Shown here: piece after piece, positions 1 through 13,200 of the stretch | Numbering within the stretch: the first letter of the stretch is position 1 | How the letters are laid out: each line of letters opens with the position of its first letter | Source: Nageia nagi | Lineage: Eukaryota; Plantae; Pinophyta | DNA length: 64,000 bases | Assembly: GCA_050084985.1 (NCBI GenBank) | Contig: JBITNC010000001.1 | Span: forward strand, 16,430,001-16,494,000 | Direction: 5' to 3' | Made by a program: the position numbers and the translations under genes | The notes under the pieces: generated by a model | Told to the model about the DNA's origin: nothing | Databases searched by the model: none | The model's input: only the letters and a program-made list of their open reading frames with translations

Positions 1-281
1 TACATGGTTATTGACAAATCCTTTTCGAACATTTGGCTAATATTTTCTAGGGTTTCACCGTCGGAACTATCGTTGTCTTCGGAATCACCATGATAGGATT
101 CCTCATCCGGAAGTTTATCTTCGATAATCCAAGGAGCACTCTCTTTATTTAGTCTAGCACTTTTCCTAGTTGGCTATGTTCCTTTCCATGTTTTTCTTTT
201 TCTCTTAGGTGATGATTGAACGAATGAAGAATAATCTGAAAATTCATCTATATCTTTGTTCATTTTTAATTTAGCAAGCAT
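1..281 (-). pseudogene. Start of internal (probably gag) ORF of the tRNA-Trp-primed LTR element; runs off the window edge
   Basis: ATG at 281, just after the PBS. Reads MLAKLKMNKDIDEFSDYSSFVQSSPKRKRKTWKGT*PTRKSARLNK... with one in-frame stop. Gag identity is inferred from position only. Confidence 0.35.
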
Positions 282-283
282 GT

Positions 284-301
284 TTCACGTCGGGTTCACC
301 A
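284..301 (-). promoter_or_regulatory. Primer-binding site complementary to the 3' end of tRNA-Trp
   Basis: Minus strand reads TGGTGAACCCGACGTGAA, 2 bp after the LTR end ...TGTAAACA. Matches the plant tRNA-Trp 3' end (...TTCACGTCGGGTTCACCA) as recalled. Confidence 0.85.
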
Positions 302-303
302 AA

Positions 304-1209
304 TGTTTACAAATAAAATTGAGTATGCAAATAAATAAGCAAGAAAATATCTACAAACCCAATATATTTGTATTCGAGCTACGGATAGCAATTTATACAA
401 AATAAATTGAAAGAGACAATCAACTATAGAAATAGAACAAGTATTTTAACAAATGATAAACTCGAAATTATTTGCAAAATTCTGACTATACAATATAACA
501 GCTATATGTATGACACCACCTATCAAAACAGAAGTTATGTACCCACCTCACGGAGCGTGCTCGAAACGAAGCTGTTGACGAAGTCCTGGGATCCAACGTT
601 GTCCACACCTGAAATCACGAAGCTAAAAAGTCACAGAAGAAGGCCGCGGGCGGTGTTCGTCGTACTGGATAGGAACGTCGGCGGTCTGTATTCGTCCACA
701 GAGAAGCGCTGGCGGCCTTTGATAGGCTATGATCCGTCTCCAATGAGTCTACACCTCCACTCAAATCTCGAGATAATTGCAGTATGACATGCAGATAAGT
801 CTCTCAGCTCTTCAGAATGCTCGCAAGAGGGGGATACACAAAATTCAGCTTGATAGGCGGTGTCAAGAGACACCTTACAATATGATTGCCACTATCAAGA
901 CCATACGCGGGATCATGTGTATCCTTGATGATGGACTTAGTATTAGATCCCTTATTTATATAGATAATAGATAATACAACCCATGGGTCGGCATGCATCT
1001 ACATAAACAAGGGTAATTCACAACATTCAAGATAACCACACCAATAAACAAGATAATCCATGCAATATTCAAGATAATCATTATAAAATTCGCATTTAAG
1101 ACAAACATTGATATTATCACATTAAGACATTCAAAACATATATTTAGACCAAGCATGTTTTCGTTAATTTATTGATTTAAAAACATAAATTCATTTTTAT
1201 GTGTTAACA
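304..1209 (-). mobile_element. 5' LTR (906 bp) of an LTR retrotransposon inserted into the 5' LTR of element A
   Basis: Termini TGTTTACA...TGTTAACA and an adjacent PBS. Homology between the two element-A LTR copies begins exactly at 1210. Confidence 0.8.
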
Positions 1210-2268
1210 TAACCAGTCCTTGCAAGCGGACATTATTAACTCAGCCTTGACCACATGTTTGGATGCCTTTCCATTATCACCTAGGTGATCTTTGTAAGAG
1301 GAAGGAAAAACATCCCAACATAAATTGGAGCTAGGAGGGCCTTGAATAGTCTTACACCCATTGTTAATTAGACTTTCATTTTATCTTTCTTTAAGCACGA
1401 GCTAGGACTTGAAAGAGATAATTCACCCAGACAACCGCACCAAGTCGGAGTCCATCAAGCTTTTCATTGCAAATTCGAGGGGAAGCTTCAAGCACACATA
1501 TTAAGTCCTACAAATACATTCTTTGGTGGCTTTGTTCAATGGCAACTACTTTTTGTACACAAGCTTCAATGATCTAAACAATATATTATACAATCATGGC
1601 TACAACACCATGGTTGCAGAAATGGAAAGTATTTCTGTTGTACATCAACATCATATTATACACCATCATATAACAAACCACAGTATAGGTTGTAATGCTT
1701 ACCTAAACCAATCATACAAAAACCTAGGTTCAAAGGTGAATACAACTATCAGTTAGTACCGTGCAACAATTATGCGACTCTCAATACAAATCATGGAACC
1801 AAATGTTACCAATGCAACAAGCTTCTCCTAATTGGCAGAATATTCCAAACCAATCAGGTTGTTTTGCAAGTTGCCCAACAAGAATAGCTAAGGTTGCAGG
1901 CCACATGGAATTATTAACAAGAGCAACTAAAAGCTATGTAGGCTGCAGAGAATCACAAACAAGAACAAATAGGGAAAGTGATTGCAGGAATGATGAAGAT
2001 GATGAAAGAATTAGAACCACCGAAAAGGAACAATTGCATAGGGAAGCCTCTCGACATAGTTCTTATCCACCTTATCATGTGCCTATTTCAATCAAAGAAG
2101 CATCCCTACATAATGTAGTGGAAGTGTTAGATGGTGAAATTGACAAGGGCGAAGTACAAATCAATCTCGCCTTGTCAGACTCACCTTCACAAGATCTTTT
2201 AGTTCATCACGAAGACTGTGCCAAAAGAAGAAGAGGTCCAAGAAGAAGAAGAGAATCAATTATATTAG

Positions 2269-2560
2269 TTGTCTTTGTGCCTTGACGGTAAAAACTTTCA
2301 CATTTGTGTGGTGAATACTCGTGTTGATTGCAATATAATATCACTTACAACCTGTTGCGAAGCTGAACTTACTACTACCCCAATCTTGGGCTATCAAGAA
2401 TATGCCAAATCACAAATAGTCGAGATGCTAGAGAATGTTTGTGTGCAAGTCATTGGATCTGAAGAGCAATATTCTATAGACTTCATGGTGGTAGATGTGT
2501 CTAGAGATCCATGTCCAATTCCAATCCAACTTGGTAAGGAATGGGTCTATTCCTTGGATA
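2269..2560 (+). pseudogene. Retroviral-type aspartic protease-like domain, copy 1 (catalytic D-[ST]-G lost)
   Basis: LDGKNFHICVVNTRVDCNIIS...IDFMVVDV...PIPIQLGKEWV resembles the retropepsin pattern (hhDTGAxxNhhS ... hLG(R/K)xW). Confidence 0.6.
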
Positions 2561-2700
2561 GACCTAACTCGTCAAATTCTTGTGTACGTGAAGATGGTGA
2601 AGACTACAAAACAAATGAACAATCTGAAGCTTGTTGATTAAAAGAATCAAGCATGGAAGAACAAATAATCCAACAGGTATAGGAACATCATCCATTTGAG

Positions 2701-2990
2701 ATTTCCATATGTTTAGATGAAGGTGAAGAGTTCCATAACTGTCTGGTGAGCCCAATTGCACAGATAAATATGATGTCGTATAAAACTTGTTGTGAGCCTG
2801 GACTTGTTCCAACCCCACATGATACATAAATTTTTGAATGTAATGATTGTGAAATCAAAATAGTTGGGATCTTGAAGTAGGTCTACATACACCTTGAAGG
2901 ATCACAAGAACAACACTTTCTGGACATCCTAGTCGTGAATTTCCCTATTCCAATCTTGTTCAGTAAAGAATGGATCAACATCCGAAATGA
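2701..2990 (+). pseudogene. Aspartic protease-like domain, copy 2 (two stops)
   Basis: ISICLDEGEEFHNCLVSPIAQINMMSYKTCCEPGLVPTP...GSQEQHFLDILVVNFPIPILFSKEW aligns colinearly with copy 1. Confidence 0.6.
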
Positions 2991-5668
2991 TTATGATGCT
3001 CCATGTGTAATTGAAGATGAGGAAGAGATGTTAGGAAGTGAAAGTTGTTGCTCTTCCCATAAGGACAAAGACCTTGTAGAGTCCATACATGAAGGTATCC
3101 CTAAAGATTTTACTTTTGAATTTTTTCTTCGATGATCAATTAGGCGAAACAAGGATGGAGTAAAACTGTGTTAATGATGAACATGATGTTGAACTTAGTA
3201 CACAGTTGAAGTCCAATGATATTGATGCCAAAGATAGCCCCATGAGCCTTGCAATAGAAATAGAGGAATCCTCTAATCCGGAATATGAAGATGAAGTCCA
3301 AGAATGCAATGTTGTGATCAATGACTTCTTGTTCTCGCAAGAAAACACACGACCTTTTTGATTTAGGGATCAGAAAAATTTAAGAAGCTCTATATGGCAA
3401 AGCACACGAATTGGCATACTTGAATGAATATGAGGTTCTAGATAAAGATGACATTGATCGCCTTTTGTTACATGAAAATGAAGATGTACCAAAAGTGCAA
3501 CAGGAGTGTACAAAGGATGAACCTTTTGGGCTAGAATTTGAAGATGTTGAAGATTCTCTATTTGTTTACGCACAAGAACTGTCATGATAGGATATTGACA
3601 ATGCTCTAATTGTTCATGCACAAGAACTGATATACTGGAATGGACATAAAACTGAAGACTCTAGTGACATCACTAAAGAATACTTATTGTCAAATGAGAG
3701 TGAAGGTGTAGTGGAAACAGAGCCAAAATATGCATTGGAGGAGCTAGAATTGGTAGTTGGTCTTGAGGTTGGTCCTAATAAGTATCAAGTTTATACTCCT
3801 ACAATCCTTATGCCTCAATGTTCATATTTCCCATCCTTTGGTAGTGAAGAGGTTGCGGATCATGAGAGTCAGGATCATATGGTTTTCATAGGTAAGATAT
3901 ACCTAAAATATCTCATGTGATTGATACCATACACCATGAATTGGTCTACACCGAAAGTCTTTTGCCCACCCCTTTCATTAATTCATATCAATTCTTGGAA
4001 AGGATTCTTACAGCGACTAATTCATCATGTGAGGTGTGTGCACTTCTTTTGACATACTCACTCGATCAACCTAGAGACAAGTTGGGTGAAGATGGGCCTA
4101 TGCATTATTGTCACTTAAGTAAAGATCAAAACAAGATTTTTGATCCTAGTATCAACAGAAAGCTTTGATTTGGTAGTTTAGTGTATATATTGCATTTGGC
4201 TTTCAAAAAACAAAAACAACAATCTTTGATGTTATCCTTTGGAACCTATCACAAGAGTGACCAAGCTCAGGAGCTAGTTGTCCTTCTCCCCGGAGACTAC
4301 AACTAATGCAAGCACTCTGGGTGATTTTGTTGATAATAGTTCCTTTCCCTTCAGTGAAAGTTCAAGAAAAAGAGACCATCCCGAGTCATGGTTGATAGAT
4401 GAGGGATGTAAAATGTTTCCGGACCTGGACTATAACATAGGTGCCCTGATGGTCATTCGGATGACTAGTGAGAGTTCACTCAATATAATGAAACCGACAA
4501 TGCAACAGTGAGTGACATGTTGACAAAGGCTCGCACCCTAAGGACAACGCATGTTATTGTGCATCCTATTTTATTTCTAACTTTGTTTTGTTTTTGTTTG
4601 TTTGCTTTGTTTTTAGCTATTGTTGTGGCCTCCACAACACGCCCCAAATTCCAGCGAATTATGGGGACCCTCAAATTTTGGCAAGAGAAATTGTTGTGCC
4701 CACAAAACACTCCTAAATATAGCAATTTTGGGGACCCTTCTTTGGCCAAAGAAACGAGGAAAATCACATTGGAAGCCTTGGATGAAAGAAATCTCAAGGA
4801 ATATAAGCATTGGGAAGAGAAATGATAAACCTATGTTAGGACCACCCAGGGGTTTAAAAGAGCATATCTATAGCATCTAGAGATTTTTAGGAGCGCTTGA
4901 GGTGTTTTTGAACCAATCCAGTGTTACAGGAAGCAAAATGGCTAAGTAGCATTCAAACAGTAGTCTCTAGATAATCAAATGTAAAATTGAGGTATCAAGA
5001 GTGCTAAAAAGTGAAAAGGAAGTGAAAACCATTATTTTGGGGTGAAAGAAGTTTAAATTGATGAAGTATCTTAGTCTCCTCTTAGGCACATGAAACAATG
5101 CCTTAAAATTGTGAAAAATGCAAAAATGACCAAAAGGAGCTCATGCGCATCATTCAAGGGTATTAAAATGCTTCAAGTTATAAAAATTGCCATTCATCCC
5201 TTAGGCACTTAAAAGATGATTTTGGGAGGTCAAAAACTCTTAAGTGAATTGGTGCGAAATGGCACTTAAAAGATGATTTTGGGAGGTCAAAAACTAAAAA
5301 TTTCAACATCTTAAGGCCTAAAAACACCCCTAAGACCCATGTGCATTGTTTAAGAAGCTTAAAAGAGGTAAAAGAAGAAAAAAAAAGTCCAAAAATAGCT
5401 CCCAAAGGCCAGCACATGAAAAATGGTGATTAAAATTTGTAAAAAGCAAAATCCTTGTGCATAGATGGAAGAAATGAAGACAAAAAGGGTCCCAAAAGCT
5501 TCCAAATCCTTAGCACAAGTAAACCAAAGCTTAAAGTCCTTAAGGGGGCAAGATCATGAACAAGGATAGTTTTGGGAGTTTCAAAAGGCCACAATATATC
5601 CCAAAAGAGGGTGGCGCATGCAAATCAAGCATTAAAATATCTAAGGAGTCAATATCATGCACTAGGAT

Positions 5669-6959
5669 TGTTGTTCTCCAAGTGACACTACGAGGGGGGG
5701 TGAATAAGTGTGAAGGATTAAAACTTAGTTCTTTAACTTTATCCTTTAAAGAAGATAGTACTTGCTTAAAACAACTAGAACAATCACCATAAGAATGCAT
5801 CACATAACACAGAATATAACGAGGTTCACCAATGTGGCTACATCCCTGGGTAAGATTGCTTGAATTACCATCCAAATCTAGCCCAATCGAAGTATCAACT
5901 TTACAACCAATTTACCGACACCAACCAGAAGGAGCACCAACCCCTAGTTTATCAGCAACAATTGAAAGGAGCACCAACCTCCTTGGCCAAGTACCAACTT
6001 GACAAATTACAGATGCAAGATTTTTGGCAAACTTGCCAATTTTGTTACAAAAGACCCTCACTGGTCTGGCTTAACATTTTTCACTCTTGGCTATCTCTAT
6101 TAGAAATATGCAATCAATCCTCATAGCCTTTATTCTACCCTCATTATCAATAAGTAACAATTTGTTCTTCAATGGCAGTTTGCTCACACAATCACATTCA
6201 ACTCCAGCATCTCTCCATTACACTTTTCGTGCAATACAAAATTCCCCATTTTATTTTCATTACAAGTTTTTTTGTCTTCCTAGTATGCCATACAAAAAGA
6301 GCAATTGAATCATCTTCCTTGACGATTTGACTGTCAATCCACAACCTCCTTAACTGCAACTTATAACTATAAACTCTACATCCGGTATGAACAACCTAGA
6401 TATTTGCTATAGATTGGAATGTCAACAGAGGAATATACACGTGTCTGACCCTTCAGCTTTCCAGGTCTCCACATAATGCCAATTCTCTCCGCATAAGACT
6501 TGAAACTTCCGCATAATGCCTCCGACCACCTCCGTCATCTCTCTGCACTAGCTTGTCTCTGTCCACATAGGCCATTCCTTCTCCGCATAACAACATTCCT
6601 CTCTGCATAACGCTTTGTCTCTGCATAAGCATGATCTTCTATGCATAAGACCTATTTGCATAATCATTGAACCATCCGCATTCTCCTTGAGGTAATCCAC
6701 ATTGAATCCAGGTTGGAAAAGTCATTCCGCAATGTCTTCTGAAGAATCCGCACTCCGAAGAGTGCTCACATCAGGTTGTCAGATCCGCATCCCAAATTCA
6801 CCCAAAAGAAAATGTCTTCTCTAACCGCACAACACTGTTTGATTCTGGTGGAGATCCTGCAGTATTGGAATCAACAAACTTTGTCAGAATAGCGGTAAAA
6901 TAGAATAACACTATACTTAACCATTTTGTAGAGCATTTGATTTTGGCGAAGATCTAACA
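5669..6959 (-). mobile_element. Copia (SIRE-like) LTR remnant; right boundary uncertain (6427 or 6959)
   Basis: Minus-strand end reads ATTCACCCCCCCTCGTAGTGTCACTTGGAGAACAACA, a SIRE-type LTR 3' motif. About 12 copies of YCYGCA(TAA) at 6487-6830. No clean TSD. Confidence 0.55.
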
Positions 6960-7030
6960 GAGTGGAGCAGACGAAATTCCCCCAAAACAATGGAGAAATC
7001 AGACAACTTCATTTTCTTCAATCCAAGTCC

Positions 7031-7641
7031 TGTTGGTGGTGATTAATCATACATCATGGTGAATTAGAGTCAAATTAACCACAAAAGTGTTCCAATTGAG
7101 AGATTAAGTTTCAGCCATTCAGTTCAAAGTATGCACAAATAATTCTGCCGAAACAATATATTTTTCTTCTTCATTTGATTTTGACGGATCCATTTGAATC
7201 CAGAAACCTGTAAATACTGTCGAAACTTCGGCAAAATACAACAATGTACAGGGCCTCTTAACTTGGGGTTTTTTCCATGCGGGAGTGTCGCATGTGGTCT
7301 CATCTTTGTATGATTGTAACCATGTAATAGAATATGAATGGAAGGGTTTGTCGTCCATGACGGCTGGAACGCCTTATAGAGCTCATTCTGCGAGCACAAA
7401 GCTAGCAACCATTTTTATTGGTCAAGGAGAGGAGATTGTTCCTCTAGGAGCTCTACATTGTAATGGTGGATTCATCTTCTTGGCAATAGAAAGATGGGGG
7501 GCATGGTTGAAGAGTGCATGTAGCCCAAGTGTGGGTGAAGCACTATAAATTTTGTGTTTCATGCCTGCTTGTGTGTGTCTCTATTTTTATTCTGCAAGTT
7601 TATTTTTGCATTATTATTGCTTAGGTCTTATGATACTAACA
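7031..7641 (+). mobile_element. Copia-type solo LTR
   Basis: TGTTGG...ACTAACA termini, with GTAGCCCAAGTGTGGGTGAAGCACTATAAAT, a typical Copia LTR motif. Element-B LTR homology starts right after, at 7642. Flanks do not match. Confidence 0.55.
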
Positions 7642-8052
7642 CCTTGTTGCTATTGTGATTGGTGAGGTCCTAGAGCCATCCAAAATAACCTTATTGGAGG
7701 TAGTCTTGGTGCAAGCTCCTTAGGTCAAAAATATATTTATGTAATTGTGCCCGCCATTTCAATATCAATACAATTACATTTTTCCTATCTCTATTTGCTA
7801 TTTGACTCATTCTGCTAGACATTGGATTTGAAGTGATTATTGCATTGTTAAATTCTTGTTTTGCTCTCTAATTGCAACGTTGGACTACTAGAGGCATTAT
7901 TGCATGTTCATAGATTAATTTTGTTCAATATAGCTAGACGTTGGATACTTGTTGAAATTTTGAGCTTGTTTGGATATTTTAGGATCAAGAAGGCAAACGT
8001 CCCTCTAGTAGGGCACGTTTGACCATGGTCTGCTAGTTTGGGATCATCATAG

Positions 8053-8065
8053 TGGTATCAGAGCC
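8053..8065 (+). promoter_or_regulatory. PBS (tRNA-iMet) of element B
   Basis: TGGTATCAGAGCC, 1 bp after the LTR end. Confidence 0.9.
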
Positions 8066-10252
8066 TTGATTCTGCCATCCTGCTGGAATCAAGGGAATCA
8101 CATACAAAATTTTTGAGTTCAGCTGAGGAGAGATTCTTGCCATCCTGTTGGTAAGGAAGGCTAAGCTGAAGAGTTGAGATCTTGCCCTTGCTATCGAATA
8201 AGAATTACTAAGGAGTTGAGGAGATCTCTCCGTCCTGTTGGAGAGTTGCTGCTAAAGGAGATTTCTAGAGGAGTTGAAGATTTATTGGTGAGGAAGCTGA
8301 AGGAGATTTCCAAAATCAATCTGGTATCAGTTCACGATGGTAGTCTGTTAGAATCACATTGGTAACACTTGCTAAGGAAATCTTGCCCTTTCCTGGAGGG
8401 TAAGAAGGAGAAGTTGCTGAAGAGATCTTGTCGTCCTGCTGAAAGATCCGGAGCTACCATCACAATGGAATTGACCTAAGCATACAGTGATAGTTTTGAG
8501 GAGGAATTGTTGGATTTGAGCATTGGGAGTGAGACGTTGGCAATCTAGCAAGCCAAACCCCACATTTAGGTAGTTCATTGGGCTATCTTGAGCATCTTTC
8601 TAGAATTTCGTCCCACTTGATAAAGGTACATTTCCAAAAATTTTGCATTTTTCTTTCAAGTTTGAAGTTAATTAGTTTTGGATTTGAGTTTTGAGGAGGA
8701 ATAAGGGATCTTTTAAGCCAAAAATGCCTGGATCTAAGGTTGTTTGGAGGTTCTTAAGGCTAGCGTAGGCATTCTGCAGCAAGTTTTGAGACTTGCTTGG
8801 TGTGTTGGGGTCATCTAAAACCAGTTGTTGGCATTTTGAGTCCACCTGAAGCCAGACGTTGGCATTCTAAAGGCATTTTTGAGGTTTGTTTTGCATATCG
8901 GGACCATCCTAAGGAGGACATTGGCATTTTGGGAGTATATTGAGGTCTACTTTGCACTTTAAGACCATTTTGTGCCAAACTTGACATATTGAAGCATTTT
9001 TGGAGGATGGTTCTGCATTCTGAGGCCACTTTGAGCCACACGTTGGCATACTGAGGGCATTTATGGAGTTTGGTCTGTATTTTGGAGCCATTCTAAGGTG
9101 AACGTGGCATTCTAAGACATTTTTTAAGGTTCATTTGACATTTGGTGGCCATTTGAGGACAAACGTTAGTATTCTAGAGGAGTTTTGGGATCTTTGTTTC
9201 ATTCTGAAAGCATCCAGAAGGAGACATTGGCTTGCTGAGGCCAATTTTGAGTTATGTCTACATCATAGTGACAATGACAATTAATTGTAGGTATTGTCAG
9301 ATTTTCATCATGGAGCTCAACAACTGAGAGTTTATGTAGCGTCGTTGGACATTTTGGCCTGAATTTGCTAAGAAATTCAGAGTTTGAAGTCACTGCAAGG
9401 AGGACATTGGACAAAAGGAGAGTCAATTTGTTGATATTGACAAGATTTCACCGTGGTATCTGCACCTTGGAGGCTTAGAAGGAGACGTTGGGACAATTTT
9501 GTTGTTATTTTCATAATATGGTAGCTAGAAGTGAGACATTGGGTGTATAGGAGGCTCAATTTGTTGTGAGACTACAAAAATTCATCCATTTGAGGCTGGA
9601 CATCTGAGATCTTGGCCTATTTTCAAAATTGGGAGTTAATTTTGCACTATTTCAGTATGGGAGTGAACATTGAGCTTCAACGAGGACACAGGTTTATTCA
9701 GAATTGTTTGGGCCCATAACCCATAGGTTTGAGATTCAATCAAATCGTTCCACCATGGCAGGAATTAAAATCCATGTTTGAGTAATTTTGCAACTTTTAT
9801 TATTTATTTTAGTAGGAGAAATAAGAAGATAAAAAATATTTTATTTGGTTTTTAGGAGAAATAAGAGATTAAAAAAAGGGAGAAAATATTTGAGAAAAAG
9901 ATAGATATTTTAATTTTATTTTAGGAGTTACAAGGAATTTTATTATTTTAATTGCATAAGCAAATTAAAAATAGGAGTGATAAGGTGTTACTTTTGGGAA
10001 TTACATATTTTATTATGCTCAAAATTTTAATTTTGGGAAGGAATACAAGATGCAAGCATATTTTGTATTCAGAAACAAGGAGTTCAATTCATTGTAGGAA
10101 GGCACCATCTCCATTTGACTTGATTCGTTTAGTTCAAGATCACATTTGGGAGGCTCGTCTAGATTAGTGAGAGCTCATTCACACTTTGGAGGAGTTCGTT
10201 CAGTTCTATGGAGGCTTTGCATTGCATTTCATCATCTTAAGGTGGTTCGTCC

Positions 10253-13200
10253 CATAGTTGTAAAAATCAAATCGGAATTGGATAAAATCAAAATCGGCCA
10301 AGCAAACGATCTGATTCAAATCGGATCCAATTTTTTTCAAAAAAGTGTTTAACCAACTTTTTCCGATTCCGAATCGTGATTTTTTAGACAAAAAATTCGC
10401 AATTTTTCTATAAAAATCGGCATTGAATCAGCTGACGATTTTTCAGGATTGAATTCGATTTCTTGGTCGATTCGATTATGAAAATAATAGCGATTCTTGA
10501 TAAAAAATCAACAAAAAATCGTTTGGTCATCTTGGGCAGGGGTAGAGAGGTTTAAGTCACCAAAAAGCTCAATCATTTCATTTTTTTTTGCATTCTAGAG
10601 CTGAGAGGAGCTGACCTAACACCATTTTCAACAAGTTTGACGAGATTCAAAGTAAGTTTCCAACTTTCCAATGCTTTATGAGTTTTGATGGGTGTTTTTC
10701 ATTTTCTCTCCAAGGCTTCAGCTATTTGTTTTTTTTATTTTTTGTTTGTTTTTGCAACTACAAGTATGAGTTCTCTAGGCCGTAAGAAAGATAGGACAGA
10801 TGTTATTTGGCCATATGTCATAGAGATTGAAATAGCAGGCACTCTTATTTGCAATTTTTGTAGGGAACCTATTGGTGGAGGTGTTTAAACAATGAAATTT
10901 CACTTAGCAAAAATGGCTGGGAATAATATTAGACCTTGCCCTAAGGTGGATCAAGATGTTCAGAGGCAAATGGTTGCCATCATAGAAGCCAAGGCAGCAG
11001 AGAAGCAGGCAAAGAAAAGACCAAAATCGGAAATTGCTAGAGGGTTTCCACCAACTCCCCCTCCACCTCCACCTTCAGGGTTTCCAGGGGCAGGTTCTAC
11101 CCAGGACCATTTCTTTGAAGAGGGCGGTACTAGTGGTAGTGCAACAACTACAACTGCAACTACAAAGCAGACTCCCACCACTAAGATGAGGAATCCAGCA
11201 GGCCCTAGTAGTGCAATGAGGTGTGATTTTTCTGCACCTTGTGGTGGCCAAACCACACTCGATCAATCATGGAATAAGGATAAGTTTGATGAAACCAGAA
11301 AGGCAATTGCAAATTTCTGGTATCACTCTAATTTTTCTGTCAATGTGGCGAACTCGCCATATTGGGAGTACATATTTAGAGCTATTGCTGCTTGTGGTGT
11401 TGGATTTACAGCACCAACTTACAGTGATTTGAGAGGTCCTATGCTAGATATGGTTGTTTTAGATTCCATGAGGGTTATTGATGAGCAAAAGAAGATTTGG
11501 AGAAGAAAGGGTGCAGTATTCTTAGCGATGGTTGGACCGATACATGGAAGAGAACTTTGTTGAACTTTTTGGCTACTTCTTCAAGAGGTCTGGTATTCTT
11601 GAAGTCAGTGGATGCATCAGGTGAAATAAAAAATAGTGATTATTTATTTGGACAGTTGTAGATAGTTATCGAGGAGGTGGGGGCTGAAAACGTTGTGCAA
11701 GAATATTTATTATTTACTATCTATTTTGTTTCGGTTTATTTTATGCATGTTATCATTTTTTGATTTAAATTTTTAATAATTAAAATTTAGTTCATCTAAG
11801 TTTAAAACTTAACTTTAAATTTTATGTTCTGCACATTGTAGGTTATCACAGATAACGCTTCCGCATACATTAAAGCAGGGGACAGGATTGAGAAAGAATA
11901 CCCTACCATTTTTTGGACTTCTTGTGCTGCACATGTCATCGACTTACTTCTTGAGGACATTGGAAGGGTAGATTGGATCAAAGAGGTTGTGGAAATAGCA
12001 AAGAATATCACCAAATAAATCTACAATCATGCTTGGGTCCTCCATTTGATGAGGATAGATTTCACAAATGGAAAGGATCTAATATGTTCTGATAAATTTT
12101 TTATTATTTCCCAACTATCAATTTATTTTATTTATATTCTCTTTTTTTTTTTCATTAAATTAAATTTATGAATTTTACATGCAACCACTACACGATTTGC
12201 AACATCTTTTCTTATATTGCAGAGTATTTTTAATACTCAAATTGCATTGAAACAAATATTTGTGAGCAACAAGTGGATGGAGTCGAGAACCAGAGGGCAA
12301 GAATATTGTTAATTGTATCTTTGATGATGATTATTGGATTGACATACTTTAGATTTTGAAGGTATAATTTTATTTCAATTTTCAACTTTTCCACTTTTCT
12401 ACTATCTGAATCATTCCATATTGAATTGATTAAAATTTAATTCATTAAAATTGTTATTAATTTAGTTGTATAATTGATAATTCACTTTGCAGATTACAAA
12501 GCCCTTAGTGAGGGTGCTTCGCCTTGTGGACTCAGAGAAGCCATCCATGGGATACGTGTATGAGGCGATGGATAAGAAAAAGGAGGCCATATCGGCTTTT
12601 TTCAATCATCAAGCATCAAGTTTCAGTACATATGGGACATGGTTGATTGTAGGTCGAATACTCAATTGCATAAGCCTCTACATGGAGCAAGGATTTACTT
12701 GAACCCCAAGTTCTTCTTTGAAGACAATTTTGATCCATTGAATGGGGAGATTAACGCAGGTATCCACTACTAAATATTAACCAACTTTGAGGATTTTGAC
12801 TTCAATTTTCAACTTAACCTATTGAATTTGAATATATTGGATTTTGATGGGCATTTAAATTTTGTAGGTCTCCATAAGGCTATTAACCGTTTGGTGCCAG
12901 ATAAGGAGATTAAGACCAAAATTTACAGAGTAGAGCTTCAAGATTACAAGAAAGCACAAGGCTACTTGTTCTCATCCACAGAATGTATAGAATCAAGGAG
13001 AACTCAAGCTCCAGGTAAGAAAATGCATTTTCAAACTTTTTAAAGTGAATTGCCCAATTAGTAACATCTTGAAAAATGCATATCTTATTTGTTTTTCTTG
13101 TATTTTTTTTTAGATCTATGGTGGGAGGATTATGGCGGTAATACGCCAAATCTTCAAAAAGTGGCCATAAAAATCTTATCCCAACCAGCTAGTTCTTCTA

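Noticed and set aside
284-301. tRNA-Trp gene
   Set aside because: Only the 3' 18 nt including CCA are present, adjacent to an LTR, so it is a PBS.
407-787. 126-aa ORF
   Set aside because: Antisense within an LTR, non-ATG start, no recognisable motif.
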